A DNA stretch of 63,772 nucleotides, the filler included, from Octopus bimaculoides (lineage: Eukaryota), in the NCBI RefSeq assembly GCF_001194135.2. It is 5 parts of 5 records of this genome, joined end to end, with 100 filler letters (N's around TTAATTAATTAA, not from the genome) between each part and the next. Parts side by side here need not be neighbours in the genome. Positions count along the whole stretch, not along the records: positions 1 to 30,823 come from NC_068987.1; 4 more parts are not named here. The stretch is one strand, 5' to 3'. Every line of letters begins with the position of its first letter. The stretch's first letter is position 1. Positions 1 to 12,416 of this stretch are shown here, piece by piece. The position numbers and the translations under genes are program-made. The notes beneath the pieces are model-generated. The model saw only the letters and a list, made by a program, of their open reading frames with translations, had not been told where the DNA came from and made no database searches.

Positions 1-211
1 TTAACTTCTTGTGATAGTTTTAAATGAATGTTATTGTCCTGCCAGCTGTGTCCTTCAGTTCCTGTCTTCCGTAAAAGCAATGTCTGGCCAAGGGGAAATA
101 TTGTTGCTTGGAAACAGAAGGTTGGCAAGGGCATCCAAGCATAGGGGAAATCTGCAGTAAATAAACTCCATCCATTCCCTGCAAAACAAAAAAAGGGGAC
201 ATTAAATGATA

Positions 212-530
212 TCATCATCATCATCATCATCATCATCGTTGTCGTTTAACGTCCGTTTTCCATGCTGGCATAGGTTGGACGGTTTGACTAAAGACTGGCA
301 AGCCAGAAGGCTACACCAGGCTCCAATCTGATCTGGCAATGTTTCTACAGCTGGATGCCCTTCCTAATGCCAACCACTCCGAGAGTGTAGTGGGTGCTTT
401 TTATGTGCCACTGGCACAGGAGCCAGTCGGAAGGCACTGGCATCGGCTACATTTGGATGGTGCTTTTTACATGTCACTGGCACAAGAGGCCAGTCAGGCG
501 GAACTGGCATCGATCCATTCTTGAATGGTG
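212..530 (-). mobile_element. Family A: LINE 3'-tail / tail-derived SINE fragment (probably RTE-type) ending in (ATG)n
   Basis: Minus strand reads ...GGAAGGGCATCCAGCTGTAGAAAC...ATGCCAGCATGGAAAACGGACGTTAAACGAC + (GAT)n. The same terminus recurs at 1003, 2238, 5730, 8850, 12590 and 24160. Confidence 0.75.
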
Positions 531-1000
531 TGTGTGTGTCTGTCTGTCTGTCTGTGTGCCTATGTATTTTTGTGTGTGTGTGTAAATCTCCATTCATTCA
601 CTAGAAGCAATAAATTACTGAACTCAATACACAAGTGTAAAGTATTCTTTGATATATTATAATTTTAAAGCTTCTAATTCCAGTACTCTGAGTTACACTC
701 TCAGCTGGTAACCCAAGCCTGCTTTTCATTTTTAAAAATCTGTTTTAATATATTTTAAAAATATTATATAAAAGCATTGAAGAAAATGTTTATCCCTTTG
801 CTCTTAAAAAAAGAAAAAAATGAAAATACAAGCAACAAACACAGAAATGGCTGCTCCAGTCTCACATTTTACATTTTATTTCTGGCTGTTATGGGAATAT
901 TCCAAACATCTTAAATTTCATACGAGTGAGGTTTCTCCAATAACTTCCTACATGAAATTACTTTGTGTTCATATACATATAAACGCATATATTACGTACA

Positions 1001-1555
1001 CATCATCATCATCATCGTTTAACGTCCACTTTCCATGTCGGCATGGGTTGGACGATTTGACTGAGGATTGGCAAGCCAGGAGGCTGCATCGGGCTCCAAT
1101 CTGATTTGACAAAGTTTCTACATCTGGATGCCCTTCCTAACGCCAACCACTCCGAGAGTGTAGTGGGTGCTTTTACGTGCCACCGGCATGAGGGCCAGTC
1201 AGGCGGTTCTGGCAACGACCACGTTCAAAAGGTGTTTTTTTGTGCCACCTGCACAAGAGCCAGTTCAGCAACACTGGCAACGATCACGCTCGAATGTTGT
1301 TTTTCACGTGCCACAGGCACATGTGCTGGTGAGGCGACGCTGGCAATGATCATGCTCGAATGGTGCTTTTTACATGCCACTGGCATTGGAGCCAATCTGT
1401 GGCCCTGGCAACGATCACACTTGAATGTGCTTTTAATGTTCCACTGGTATGAGTGCCAATCAGGTGATACTGTCATCGGCCACGTCAGCGATTTTGATTT
1501 GATTTCACTTGCCCCAATAGATCTTCGCAAGCAAAGTTTATTGTCCAATGAATGT
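1001..1555 (-). mobile_element. Family A copy with five internal ~66-bp tandem units
   Basis: Same 3' terminus as 212-530. The GTGCCAC-type anchor recurs at about 1177, 1242, 1308, 1374 and 1436. Confidence 0.75.
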
Positions 1556-2237
1556 GGGGTACTCTATAATTATTGTATGGAAATTAGTTAAGCTGAGTTT
1601 CAGATAAACTCCAGTGGAAGTTTGTCTAGAATTGGATCAAATCTATACTACACCTGAGTCTAAAATTAACAGACATATCTTGACATCTTGACCTGAGATC
1701 AGGTATACACACTTACACACACACACATACACACGCATACACACACTTACACACACACACATACTGATGAAATGCTAGACACAGCAACAAATATGCTGTT
1801 TTACTTATTTATTCATGATGATGATGATGATGATGCTGCTGATGATGATAATTGTGATTTTGAAGAGAATAATTGTGACTCTGATGAAGATGACGATGGC
1901 AATGAGGCCACTGAATATGGAAATTTGTTACAAGTGGTAGGTGGTCTCTGTTACCTTGGGTGTGGGGCAGCAGCTAATTAGAACTACAATTAGAACTTCT
2001 AATTAGAACTATTATAGTTGTCTTAATGATACTATAGTACGGTAATGGCAAACCGTTGCATACCAAAATTTTAATTTTTCTCAGATAAGCCTATCACTGG
2101 AGCACCACTAACGCACACACACGCACACACATAAATATATATATATTTATACACACACACATCCCTACTCCTACACACATGTACTTTAGTTTTAACTAAT
2201 TAGTTATAGAATAAGCAACTTAACGGTGATTACTAAT

Positions 2238-2444
2238 TTCATCATCATCGTCATTTAACGTCCACTTTCCATGCTGGCATGGGTTGGACGGTTTGACTGG
2301 GGTCTGGGAAGCCAGGAGGCTGCACCAGGCTCCAGCGTGATCAGATAGGGGCCTGGTGCAGCCTCCTCGCTTCCCAGACTCCAGTCGAACAGTCTGACTC
2401 ATGCCAGCATGGAAAACGGACATTAAAATGATGATGATGATGAA
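2238..2444. repeat. Fold-back (palindromic) derivative of the family A 3' end
   Basis: The left arm is the reverse complement of the right arm at about 86% identity, symmetric about TGA|TCA at 2338-2343, with (ATC)n/(GAT)n at the outer ends. Confidence 0.9.
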
Positions 2445-2492
2445 TATGTTTAACCTCTATTTTTAGTTATGCAGGTCCTCATGTAACACCCT

Positions 2493-2527
<35 letters not shown>

Positions 2528-3769
2528 NNNNNNNNNNNNNNNNNNNNNNNNNNNNNNNNNNNNNNNNNNNNNNNNNNNNNNNNNNNNNNNNNNNNNNNNN
2601 NNNNNNNNNNNNNNNNNNNNNNNNNNNNNNNNNNNNNNNNNNNNNNNNNNNNNNNNNNNNNNNNNNNNNNNNNNNNNNNNNNNNNNNNNNNNNNNNNNNN
2701 NNNNNNNNNNNNNNNNNNNNNNNNNNNNNNNNNNNNNNNNNNNNNNNNNNNNNNNNNNNNNNNNNNNNNNNNNNNNNNNNNNNNNNNNNNNNNNNNNNNN
2801 NNNNNNNNNNNNNNNNNNNNNNNNNNNNNNNNNNNNNNNNNNNNNNNNNNNNNNNNNNNNNNNNNNNNNNNNNNNNNNNNNNNNNNNNNNNNNNNNNNNN
2901 NNNNNNNNNNNNNNNNNNNNNNNNNNNNNNNNNNNNNNNNNNNNNNNNNNNNNNNNNNNNNNNNNNNNNNNNNNNNNNNNNNNNGGTTAGTATTGACTTG
3001 CCACTAGTGATGGTATTGCTCTCATATTGACTTCTATTGCCTTAGCAATAACAATTACTATGAAGTTGCATAGCATTACCTTTAATTCTTGAATTTATAT
3101 ACTGCCTTACATAGACCTACACAGGTTTTAACTGTTGGCAAAGTAAATTTACTTTTTAAAAACAATATCTGTCTCACAATTTCTGGGTTATTTCCCCTCA
3201 TCAACACAGAATAATTGTTCAGCTAGAGGTGGTGCTACCAAATTGAGCTGATTTGGGGTGCTAGATTCCCTTGTTCGAAAATATAAGGACACAGATCGTG
3301 TCGTATAGCCAGCTGGAGACGATGTCTCCTGGGGCTGAGTTACTGCAACATTTGTCCTAAACCAGGACTGCCATGTTATGTTGGCAAATAATCTTTACTC
3401 CAAAGTACTGTTGCTGAATATCTCTCGTTTTGAGATTTAAAAATAGTAATTTTCTAAATTTACTTTCTTCCCAAACCCACTGTGTTATGTTACTATTTAG
3501 AGTTTACAGTTCTACCGTGATAAAACTAAGAAAGAGATAAAGTTATGTTCAGCCATATATTATATGTTCATGTGCATTTGAACATGGAAAGACAATATGC
3601 TGTGAAAGCTGTCTTGAGAGAAGACATTTTCCTTATAGACAATATGGGTGTAAGCACACTACTAGGCCATGAACGACACCACTCAACTGTAGGATGCATT
3701 TCTGCATTATTATGCTTCATCAGTTGCATATACTGAGCCATTATTCATGGCCACTAAAAACTGTACATT

Positions 3770-4097
3770 CTTATACTGACACTCCATGACTTATGACATT
3801 AAGTGTTCCAGTTGATCTGATCAACAAAACAGTCAGCTTGTGAAATTAATGTGCAAGTGGCTGAGTACTCCACAGACATGCATAACCTTACCGTAGTTCT
3901 CAGGGAGATTCAGTGTGACACAGAATGCAACAAAGCTGGTCCTTTGACTTACAGGTACGACTCCATTTTGCCCGGCTGACAGACTGGAGCAATGGGAAAT
4001 AAATTGTCTGGCTCAAAGAGACAACACACTGCCAGGAATCAAACTCACAACATCACAGCTGTGAGCTAAATACCTTAACCATTATGCCACCCACCTT
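3770..4097 (-). mobile_element. Family C tRNA-headed SINE (tail 1), degenerate
   Basis: Shares GTTCCAGTTGATC...GAAATTAATGTGCAAGTGGCTGAG with 7174-7555 and 50327-50643. The tRNA-like head lies at the right end. Confidence 0.75.
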
Positions 4098-5163
4098 CTT
4101 AGGCCATTCTTGTATTAGAATAGCATATGGTACATTTGCTGATATTCAAAAAGTTTTAAGATTTAAACGACTGTTTTTAAACATTATCATTTTAAATTCA
4201 CATAACAATAACAATGAAAATAACAGTTGATAATGTTATTTCACTTATCTAAAAACTTATGATGATCAGATACCAAAAGTAAACACGGTCTTTTGAATTA
4301 GATTATTCAATTAACACAAAAGTAATTATGAGGTAATATATTGTAGAATATTTAATCTGAACTGGGAAAAGTAAAAAAAAAAATGGTTTTATTTGCACGA
4401 GTTTTAAAAAATTCTAATAGAAAAAAATTATGTTGAAAGTCTGAATCAGCAGATTGGCAAAATAAGTTTGGCTGTTTGGGGTAAATTTAATCCAGTCTGG
4501 TGACTTCTGCTGTAAATCATAGTATTTGCCAGTATATAAGATGCGCTCACACATAGGATGCACTCACGCATAATGTAGAAATATATTTTGTGGAAAAGAC
4601 AAATTTAGTATGTTTCATCATACACTTTATTGCAACATATTTTAAAGTGGTTTAGCTGGGGAAAAATATATGATTCTGTGCATGTAAATACACTGTTATG
4701 ACAGTACACTAGAATAGAGTATGAAACCATGAGTTTACCATATATAAACTACATTATACGAGTACCATATTTCAGTTTTATCTTCTTTCAGATCAGTGGT
4801 AGAGTTATTTATATTTTGGTCGAGGGAATTGCTGTACAGCATGTAAATCCTGTATTTTTATCTGTGGTGTTTTGTGTTACTATGATCAACTACCAGGATT
4901 GTGCGCTACTGTTATGATTTTGTTGTCATCCACTTGTTGCAAATAGCTGACTGGGGAACAGAAACTAAACATTCCTTTCATCTTTCTGGGAAAATTTTTT
5001 GTTTGGATAGTTAAAAAAATGTTTCTTAAAGGGATCAGAGTCATTAAAACAATGTTTAACATGGATCAGGTGTGGGTTGTGGCCTCTCTTCTACATAACT
5101 ACCAAAGTACCATCGGGAATATTTCATCAGCTTGAGTTATCAAACTGATATTTTGGGCTTCAT

Positions 5164-5339
<176 letters not shown>

Positions 5340-5340
<1 letters not shown>

Positions 5341-5525
5341 TAAGGTGGTGAGCTTTTCATCTGACTTTGTATTCCGAGTTCAAATTCCACCAAGGTAGAC
5401 TTTACCTTTCGTCCTTTCAGGGTCGATAAAATAAGTACCAATTGAATACTGAGGTCACTATAATCGACTTACCCCCTCCTCCTCCACCAAAACTGTTGGC
5501 CTTCTGCCAAAAATTTGAAACCAAT
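5340..5525 (+). mobile_element. Family D tRNA-headed SINE
   Basis: GAGTTCAAATTCC (B-box-like) followed by CTTTCGTCCTTTCAGGGTCGATAAAATAAGTACC. Related copies at about 6130, 10290, 26060, 26420, 35630, 49472, 49727, 49950, 53455, 54744-55372, 57860, 62625 and 63390. Confidence 0.8.
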
Positions 5526-5729
5526 ACTTTATTATTAGTAACACTTATTGTACCAAGAGGACCTAATGCTCATCCAATTTAGCTAGCGTCAAGTGCTCAG
5601 TTTCCCACCTGTGATAAGGGCACAGTTCATTAGAAACTGGGCAATTTTGGGATACATTTAGAAATAGGAAAAAAATCACATCTTTTATGCCAGGAATTAC
5701 AATAAGTCATTTTCAAAGTATGACCAACC

Positions 5730-5952
5730 GATTGTGGTCAATGCCAGCCCCTTCTAGCCCCTGTGCAGGTGGCATGTGAAAAGCACCCACTACTCTTGAA
5801 GTGGTTGGTATTAGGAAGGGTATCCAGCTGTAGAAACACTGCCAGATCAGATTGGGGCCCGGTGCAACCTTCTGGCTTCCCAGACCCCGGTTGAACCATC
5901 CAACCAATGCCAGCATGGAAAACAGACATTAAACAATGATGATGATGATAAT
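5730..5952 (+). mobile_element. Family A copy
   Basis: GGAAGGGTATCCAGCTGTAGAAAC...GCCAGCATGGAAAACAGACATTAAAC followed by (ATG)n. Confidence 0.8.
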
Positions 5953-6291
5953 GACAAAGTCAAACCTGTTTTAAGGAGGTGATACACATACTCACCTATT
6001 GTAGCATATTACTGGTACATATTTTATTGATTGTGTCTCAGATGGAAGGCAAAACCTATTCCACTAAAAGCTGACCTTCCCAATATCAACAATAAACCTA
6101 TTGAGACTCTTTATAGTTTTGGCATGAAGCCAGGAATTTTGAGAGGGAGTTGATTACCTTGGTTCCATTACTTGATTGGTACTTTATTTTTTCAGCCCCA
6201 AAAGGATGAAAAGCAAAGTTGACCTCAGCAGAATTTGAACTCAGTATCTAAAAACCAAATGAAATAATCTAAGTATTTTGTTCACCATGTT

Positions 6292-6449
6292 CGGGCGTGG
6301 TCCCAGGAAATTTTCAAAGGGAGGGCACGAGGTCAGAAGGGAAAACAGTTCCAGGAGAAAAGGGCGTAATAACATTATTTAGAAGGGCACACTTCTTTTC
6401 TTGAGTGGGGCATGTGCCCCCTCAGGCCCCCACCTTGGGTCTGCCCCTG
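6292..6449. mobile_element. GC-rich MITE remnant (hAT-like ends) nested in a family D SINE
   Basis: Right end CTTGGGTCTGCCCCTG and degenerate left end CGGGCGTGGTCCCAGG. It interrupts the SINE D motif AAGCATTTTG...GCTAACGATTCTGCCAGC. No clean TSD is seen. Confidence 0.5.
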
Positions 6450-7130
6450 ACGCTAATGATTCTGCCAGCTCAGTTCCTTTATTAATCCTACAGAAATAAT
6501 GACACAAATCATAAAACTGTATCAGTGGTTCAAAACTGAACTGTTAGGTGCCCAGGCACGCATCACAACCAAATCACCATACTTTTACATGATTGGTCAA
6601 TTAAGCAGCCAATCAGTATGATTCAGTTTTCTAGAATCTTCTGTGTGTTCCCCATATAAAGGTGCTTTTGGTGCCAATACTCTTTGTAGAACATTGAGAC
6701 TGGTTGACTCATTCATACATCTCACCTCTTGCCAGGCAAAATGTTGCGGCAGCTGCAAAATGTGTTCTTATTCTTGCCACAGCCTGACAATCCAGGAAGT
6801 CAGTTAAGACAGACGGCAGATAGATGACAGGAATCTCCATTGCCAGGTATACAGCACAATTGTTTCTAGTTATGACGGGCCATCTACACGTTGCCATATC
6901 ATTAAGCTTGCTGTAAACTCCAAGCAATATGTCCACTCAGTATGCAATTATTGCTGTTGTTATTTATAAAAGACCAACACTGCTTGACTCAATGTGCAAT
7001 AATAAGATTTTGTGCTAAATGTCTGCAAGTGTTGTTCAGTTAGTTCTTCATGCAACACATTTTTATTCCTCAACTCAACCAGTCATCCCTCCTCATACAA
7101 CCAACTGACACACACACACAACTATATTAA

Positions 7131-7767
7131 CCCATTCATGTTGATTGTTCGTTTAAACTGGCAATTAATTTATTGGCACGCCGTCAGTTACGATGTTGAG
7201 GGTTCCAGTTGATCCGATCAACGGAACAGCCTGCTCGTGAAATTAACGTGCAACTGGCTGAGCACTCCACAGACATGTGTACCCTTAACGTAGTTCTCGG
7301 GGATATTCAGCGTGACACAGTGTGACAAGGCTGACCCTTTGAATTACAGGTAAAACAGAAACAGGAAGAAAGAGTGAGAGAAAGTTGTGGTGAAAGAGTA
7401 CAGCAGGGTTCGCCACCATCCCCTGCCGGAGCCTAGTGGAGCTTCAGGTGTTTTCACTCAATAAACACTCACAATGCCCGGTCTGGGAATCGAAACCGCG
7501 ATCCTATGACCGTGAGTTCGCTGCCCTAACCACTGGGCCATTGCGCCTCCACAGACAATTAATTTATAAGAGTATAAAACAAATACTTGATACAAATTGT
7601 GATTTGTGTATGATCTGTATCAAAGAATGAAACATGTTCTTAACATGTATGCAGTCTGTTTGAACAAACACTTGCACCATAACTTGTAACAACCACAGTT
7701 ATGCAACATGGCGAGTACAAGCAATTCAGGCAATTTCATTCACTAGAAAAATTTCGGCACGAATGGG
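7131..7767. mobile_element. TTAA-flanked non-autonomous DNA element (piggyBac-like)
   Basis: TTAA at 7127-7130 and 7768-7771. Termini CCCATTCATG / CACGAATGGG form a 9/10 inverted match. Confidence 0.6.
7174..7555 (-). mobile_element. Family B tRNA-headed SINE, full length, with 12-bp TSD
   Basis: Head GTGGAGGCGCAATGGCCCAGTGGTTAGGG...GGTTTCGATTCCC has A- and B-box-like motifs. TSD CAATTAATTTAT at 7162-7173 and 7556-7567. Confidence 0.9.
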
Positions 7768-8405
7768 TTAAGAGACAATCAAATCATAAATCTAACTATA
7801 AAACTTCTTCCATCGAATAAAAGGAAAGATTAACCTTGCTCAGGGTTGAACCCCGTACAAAGCAATCATTGAAATATCTGGGTAACATAAATCACCAAGA
7901 ACAAATCTGTAATATTTCTCAAACATCAGTTCTATATTGAATTGAAATAAGATAATTATAGAGTTGTGAGTTGTGATTGTTCAGCCGTGAAGATGTTAAT
8001 TACTTAAGATTAACTAGAAATTAACCTTCAATATCCATACATCCATAAATATTACATCTTAAATCGTTTCTATTTTCTATTGAGTCTATTATTAAACAGT
8101 TGAAGAGTAAATTCTAGCTACATTGATCTGCCACTGTCTTAAGCTAGCATCTTGAGGAATAATCCTGCAGATTAGGAATCTTATGAATAAAACCTGGTCT
8201 GATATCAAAATCCATCAATCTAGAAAACTTTGTTGTGTGTTTGCTTTTTGTTTGTTTTTTTTTTCTTTATCATTTTGTGATATTCTTCTAATTTGATATA
8301 TTTTCTTATGGGTGAAGCAGTGGAGTCTGTGAAGAATTGAAAACATTAGGCCATGGACTGTGCGATTAATTCCACAGCAGGAATGGCTACAGATCAGCAG
8401 CAACT

Positions 8406-8462
<57 letters not shown>

Positions 8463-8849
8463 TGAAGGCATGCGTTGTAACAGCACATTGTTGCATCCAC
8501 CCTTTGTTGTTGATTCCTCTCCCTGGCAGATGACACCTTTTCTACCACTCAGGTAACAGCTCTCCAGCCCAATGGGCCTGTTTGGATAGTCGTTACTGAT
8601 GTCTCCCACTCTCTCTTTCTCTCCTTCTCCTGCACTCAGGTTGGGTAACCATCTCTCTCCTTTGTGGCAGCACACCTGTTTTTGTTCTCATTCTTGATCT
8701 CTCCTCTCCTCTCTGTCTCTCTGTCTCTCTCTCTCTCTCTCTCTGGTCAGGTAACCTTGTAGCTCTTCTACTGTAAGACACTTGTTTCTTTCTCTCTGTC
8801 TCATGATAATGTTTCACCATTTGACACCTCCTCCAATGCCACCTCTTCT

Positions 8850-9302
<453 letters not shown>

Positions 9303-10046
9303 GTACATACATACATGCATGCATGCATACATACATATATACATACATACATACATACATACATACATACATACATACATGACTGGCTTCTTTCAACTTC
9401 CATCTAGAAAATTCACTCACAAGGCTTTGGTCAGCTTGGGGTTACAGTAGAAACACTTGCTCAAGGTACCATGCAGTGGGACTGAACTCGGAACCATGTG
9501 GTCGGGAACCAAACATTTTGTTATATAGCCACATGAGCAACTAATAAATTGTTATTTCAAAAAATTTTGTGACTTTAATGATATTTTTAATCCTTATTAA
9601 ATAACAAGAAGTGATTAATTTCAGTTCTGTTATCTTTCAAAAGGAAGCACACATTGGATAATGTAGTCCTAGATATACTATATCCGAATAAAAGAAAGGC
9701 TGGATGTATTTAATGAAGGCAGATTTATAGCAGACTTAGGTGAACTTAGCTATTGAGAGTGAAATGTGTAAGCCATGGCTACAATACAAAACCTGTGATA
9801 GGATTGGAATCAGCAAGACCTTACCTGATAATTCATTACCTTAGTGATTTGGTCATTTATGATGCTAAGATTCTTGACATAAAAGTCGAAGATGCAGGGA
9901 AACAATTTGATGTGAGATATGAGAAATGCCACTGCTGTCAGATTTTCTCCAAAATTCAATTTATTGAAGAATATAAGGGTGCTGTTATTCAAAAAGCTGG
10001 ACATATGTGAATTTAATGTGTTATAGATTACAGGCTGATAGTTTAA

Positions 10047-10254
10047 CCTTTTAGCATTTAAACTGGCCACTTCCAGCCCAAATAATTTACGTGTTTTATG
10101 TTCAAACTGGTCAAATTTAGTCTCTCATACCTACATTACAATATCATTCTAAAAATAAACAATCCCATCATTGAAATTCCAAAGCTATAGAATGATTAAT
10201 TCAAAGCAATATGAATAAATAAGGATTAGATTTGACGGACTGAATGCTAAAGGG
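10047..10254. mobile_element. TTAA-flanked MITE (piggyBac-like)
   Basis: TTAA at 10043-10046 and 10255-10258. TIRs CCTTTTAGCATT / AATGCTAAAGGG match at 11/12. Confidence 0.8.
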
Positions 10255-11789
10255 TTAAATTCTTACTCAACAGCCACAAGGTTTGTGCCTTTGGGAAAGA
10301 GTGGTGAATACCTTGTAGTGTTTGGTTACATTCTTTTACATTCTGAGTTCAAATCCCACCAAAGTCAAATATTTCTTTCACCTTTTCAAGGTTGATAAAA
10401 CAAATACCAGTCATGTTCTGGTGTCCATTTAATTGACTTCGCTCCTTGTACTGATCTTTTGTCTTTTATCTTTTACATGTTTCAGTTATTGGAAAGTGGT
10501 CATGCTCCAGCACCCCCTTAAAGGGTTTAGTTGAACAAATCAATCCCATTACTTACTTTTTAAGTCTGGTATTTATTCTATCAATCTCTTTTTGTTGAAC
10601 CCCTAAGTTACAGGGACATAAACAAACTGACACCAGTTGTCAAGTGATGGTGGTGGGAGACAAACACAAATAAAAAGACATAAGCATATATATTGCTGGA
10701 TCATATTTATATAATGTTTATATAATAATATGTAACAGATATGGAAAACTGCAACAACTAACAACTGTTACCATTGCACAGAAACAATTGTTGCAATTTG
10801 TGATCAAAGCCTGTCCATTCCATTTTCTTGTCTTATATTTTTCTTTTATATGGATTCTGTGTCTCCTAACAGATTTCCATACGTATAGCCAGTAAAAGGA
10901 GTATCACTGTTGTATGATGACATATGCTAGCCAATAACCACAGAAGAGACTTGAAACGCACATTATAAGGTTATTACCCAAATTACATAATATAAACAAA
11001 TACATGTATATGATAGGCTTCCACACAGTTTCCATCTAACAAATTCACTCGCAAAGTATTGGTTGGCTTAGGGTCGTAGTAGAAGACACACTTGTCTAAA
11101 GTACAATGCTGCAGGACTGAACCCAAAGCCACAGAGTTGCAAAGCAAGTTCCTTAACCACGCAGCTATGCCATACCTCGATTTATCTTTTATGAATTACT
11201 AATCAGATGCTGGGTTTTAGATTTACATTGGATTATTTGATTCTTAGGTTGGATTCCTTCATCTTTATCTCCAATCCACAGTAAACCATTTCCACTCACA
11301 ACAAAAGCATTCTTTAATCATTTTAGGTTTGTTTCTGATCCATTTTTAAAACCTTCTTTTGTCAGGAATCTTCTGGAAAGACAGTTTAAGACTAAAAGCA
11401 TCACATTCTTTTCAATTGCTTCTTTGATCGAAATCTCAAATATCTCTGTGCAGCTTTTGTTATTGAATTTTTTTATGTTCACTTTTGTATTTTTTCTTTG
11501 AAATTGTTTTCTTTTTTAATTAATTACATACACAACTACATTATAAGCCATTTTTGTATCCAGAACAACCCATTATTGAGGAATTTGATTGAATATTATC
11601 ACTTAAAATTAAAGAGAGAAGTAGTAATGGTCTGTATCGACAAGAATCTGCCTCAACCTCTCCTCCTCCTCCTCCTCCCCCTTGCTCCCCATCCCACCTT
11701 CTCCCTCCCCTTCCCACCTTCTCCTCCCATTCCCACCTCCATCTCCCCTCCTCCTTCTCAAAGTCACTGTTGTTACCAAAAACACCACC

Positions 11790-11820
<31 letters not shown>

Positions 11821-11870
11821 CCATCAACACCACCACCACCACCACCAAATCATCATCATCTATATATATA

Positions 11871-12082
11871 CAGGGTGTTCAGTCTAAATTTGACTGGAAC
11901 AGTCCATGCCATTGGAAAGCACAAAGATTAAAGATGTAGTTGAGGAAAAGTTAGCTGACCCGGAGGACCGGAAGCCATCTGAATAATGGGAAAGAATTAA
12001 CTGTATCATGATGATTTGCAGTGGGTACCAAGATGCTGACATCATGACTGCCGCTCAATGCTTTGTGAACATCATAAAAGTT
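11871..12082 (+). mobile_element. 5' end of a Tc1/mariner (maT-like) element
   Basis: TA then CAGGGTG, as at 21480. A short reading KRINCIMMICSGYQDADIMTAAQCFVNIIKV resembles a transposase N-terminal HTH. It is truncated by the palindromic element at 12083. Confidence 0.5.
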
Positions 12083-12138
12083 CATTATTTACATTATTTG
12101 CATTTGACGGCTATTTGTCTTCATCTTGTTTGTTATTA

Positions 12139-12182
12139 ACACAATGATTCAGCTGGTATACCCTCCAGCCTTCATCAGGTGT
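12139..12182 (-). ncRNA. Minimal type I hammerhead motif, decayed
   Basis: Minus strand: ACAC CTGATGA A GGCTG gagggtatac CAGCT GAATC ATT GTGT. GAAAC is mutated to GAATC. Confidence 0.65.
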
Positions 12183-12272
12183 CTTGGGGAAATTTCGAAC
12201 CTGGTTTCTCAATCTTGGGGTTAGTAGCCTGCACCATATGCCCAAGATTCCGTGTTCGATTCCATGCAGTGA

Positions 12273-12317
<45 letters not shown>

Positions 12318-12373
12318 CTACAACATCGAAAAATACCTTAGGAATGAGAACCCAGGTTCGAAATTTCTCCAAG

Positions 12374-12416
12374 ACACCTGATGAAGGCTGGAGGTATATC
12401 AGCTGAAACATTGTGC
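12374..12416 (+). ncRNA. Minimal type I hammerhead motif, near-intact core
   Basis: ACAC CTGATGA A GGCTG gaggtatat CAGCT GAAAC ATT GTGC. Both core boxes are intact; the changes are CpG-type substitutions in stems II and III plus one in stem I. Confidence 0.7.

Noticed and set aside
3630-4800. Micro-exon signals at about 3640 and an acceptor at about 4788
   Set aside because: Short splice-like motifs are expected by chance in AT-rich DNA.
6709-6936. 75-aa minus ORF ending at GAG|GTGAG
   Set aside because: No recognisable domain, a weak acceptor and no partner exons.
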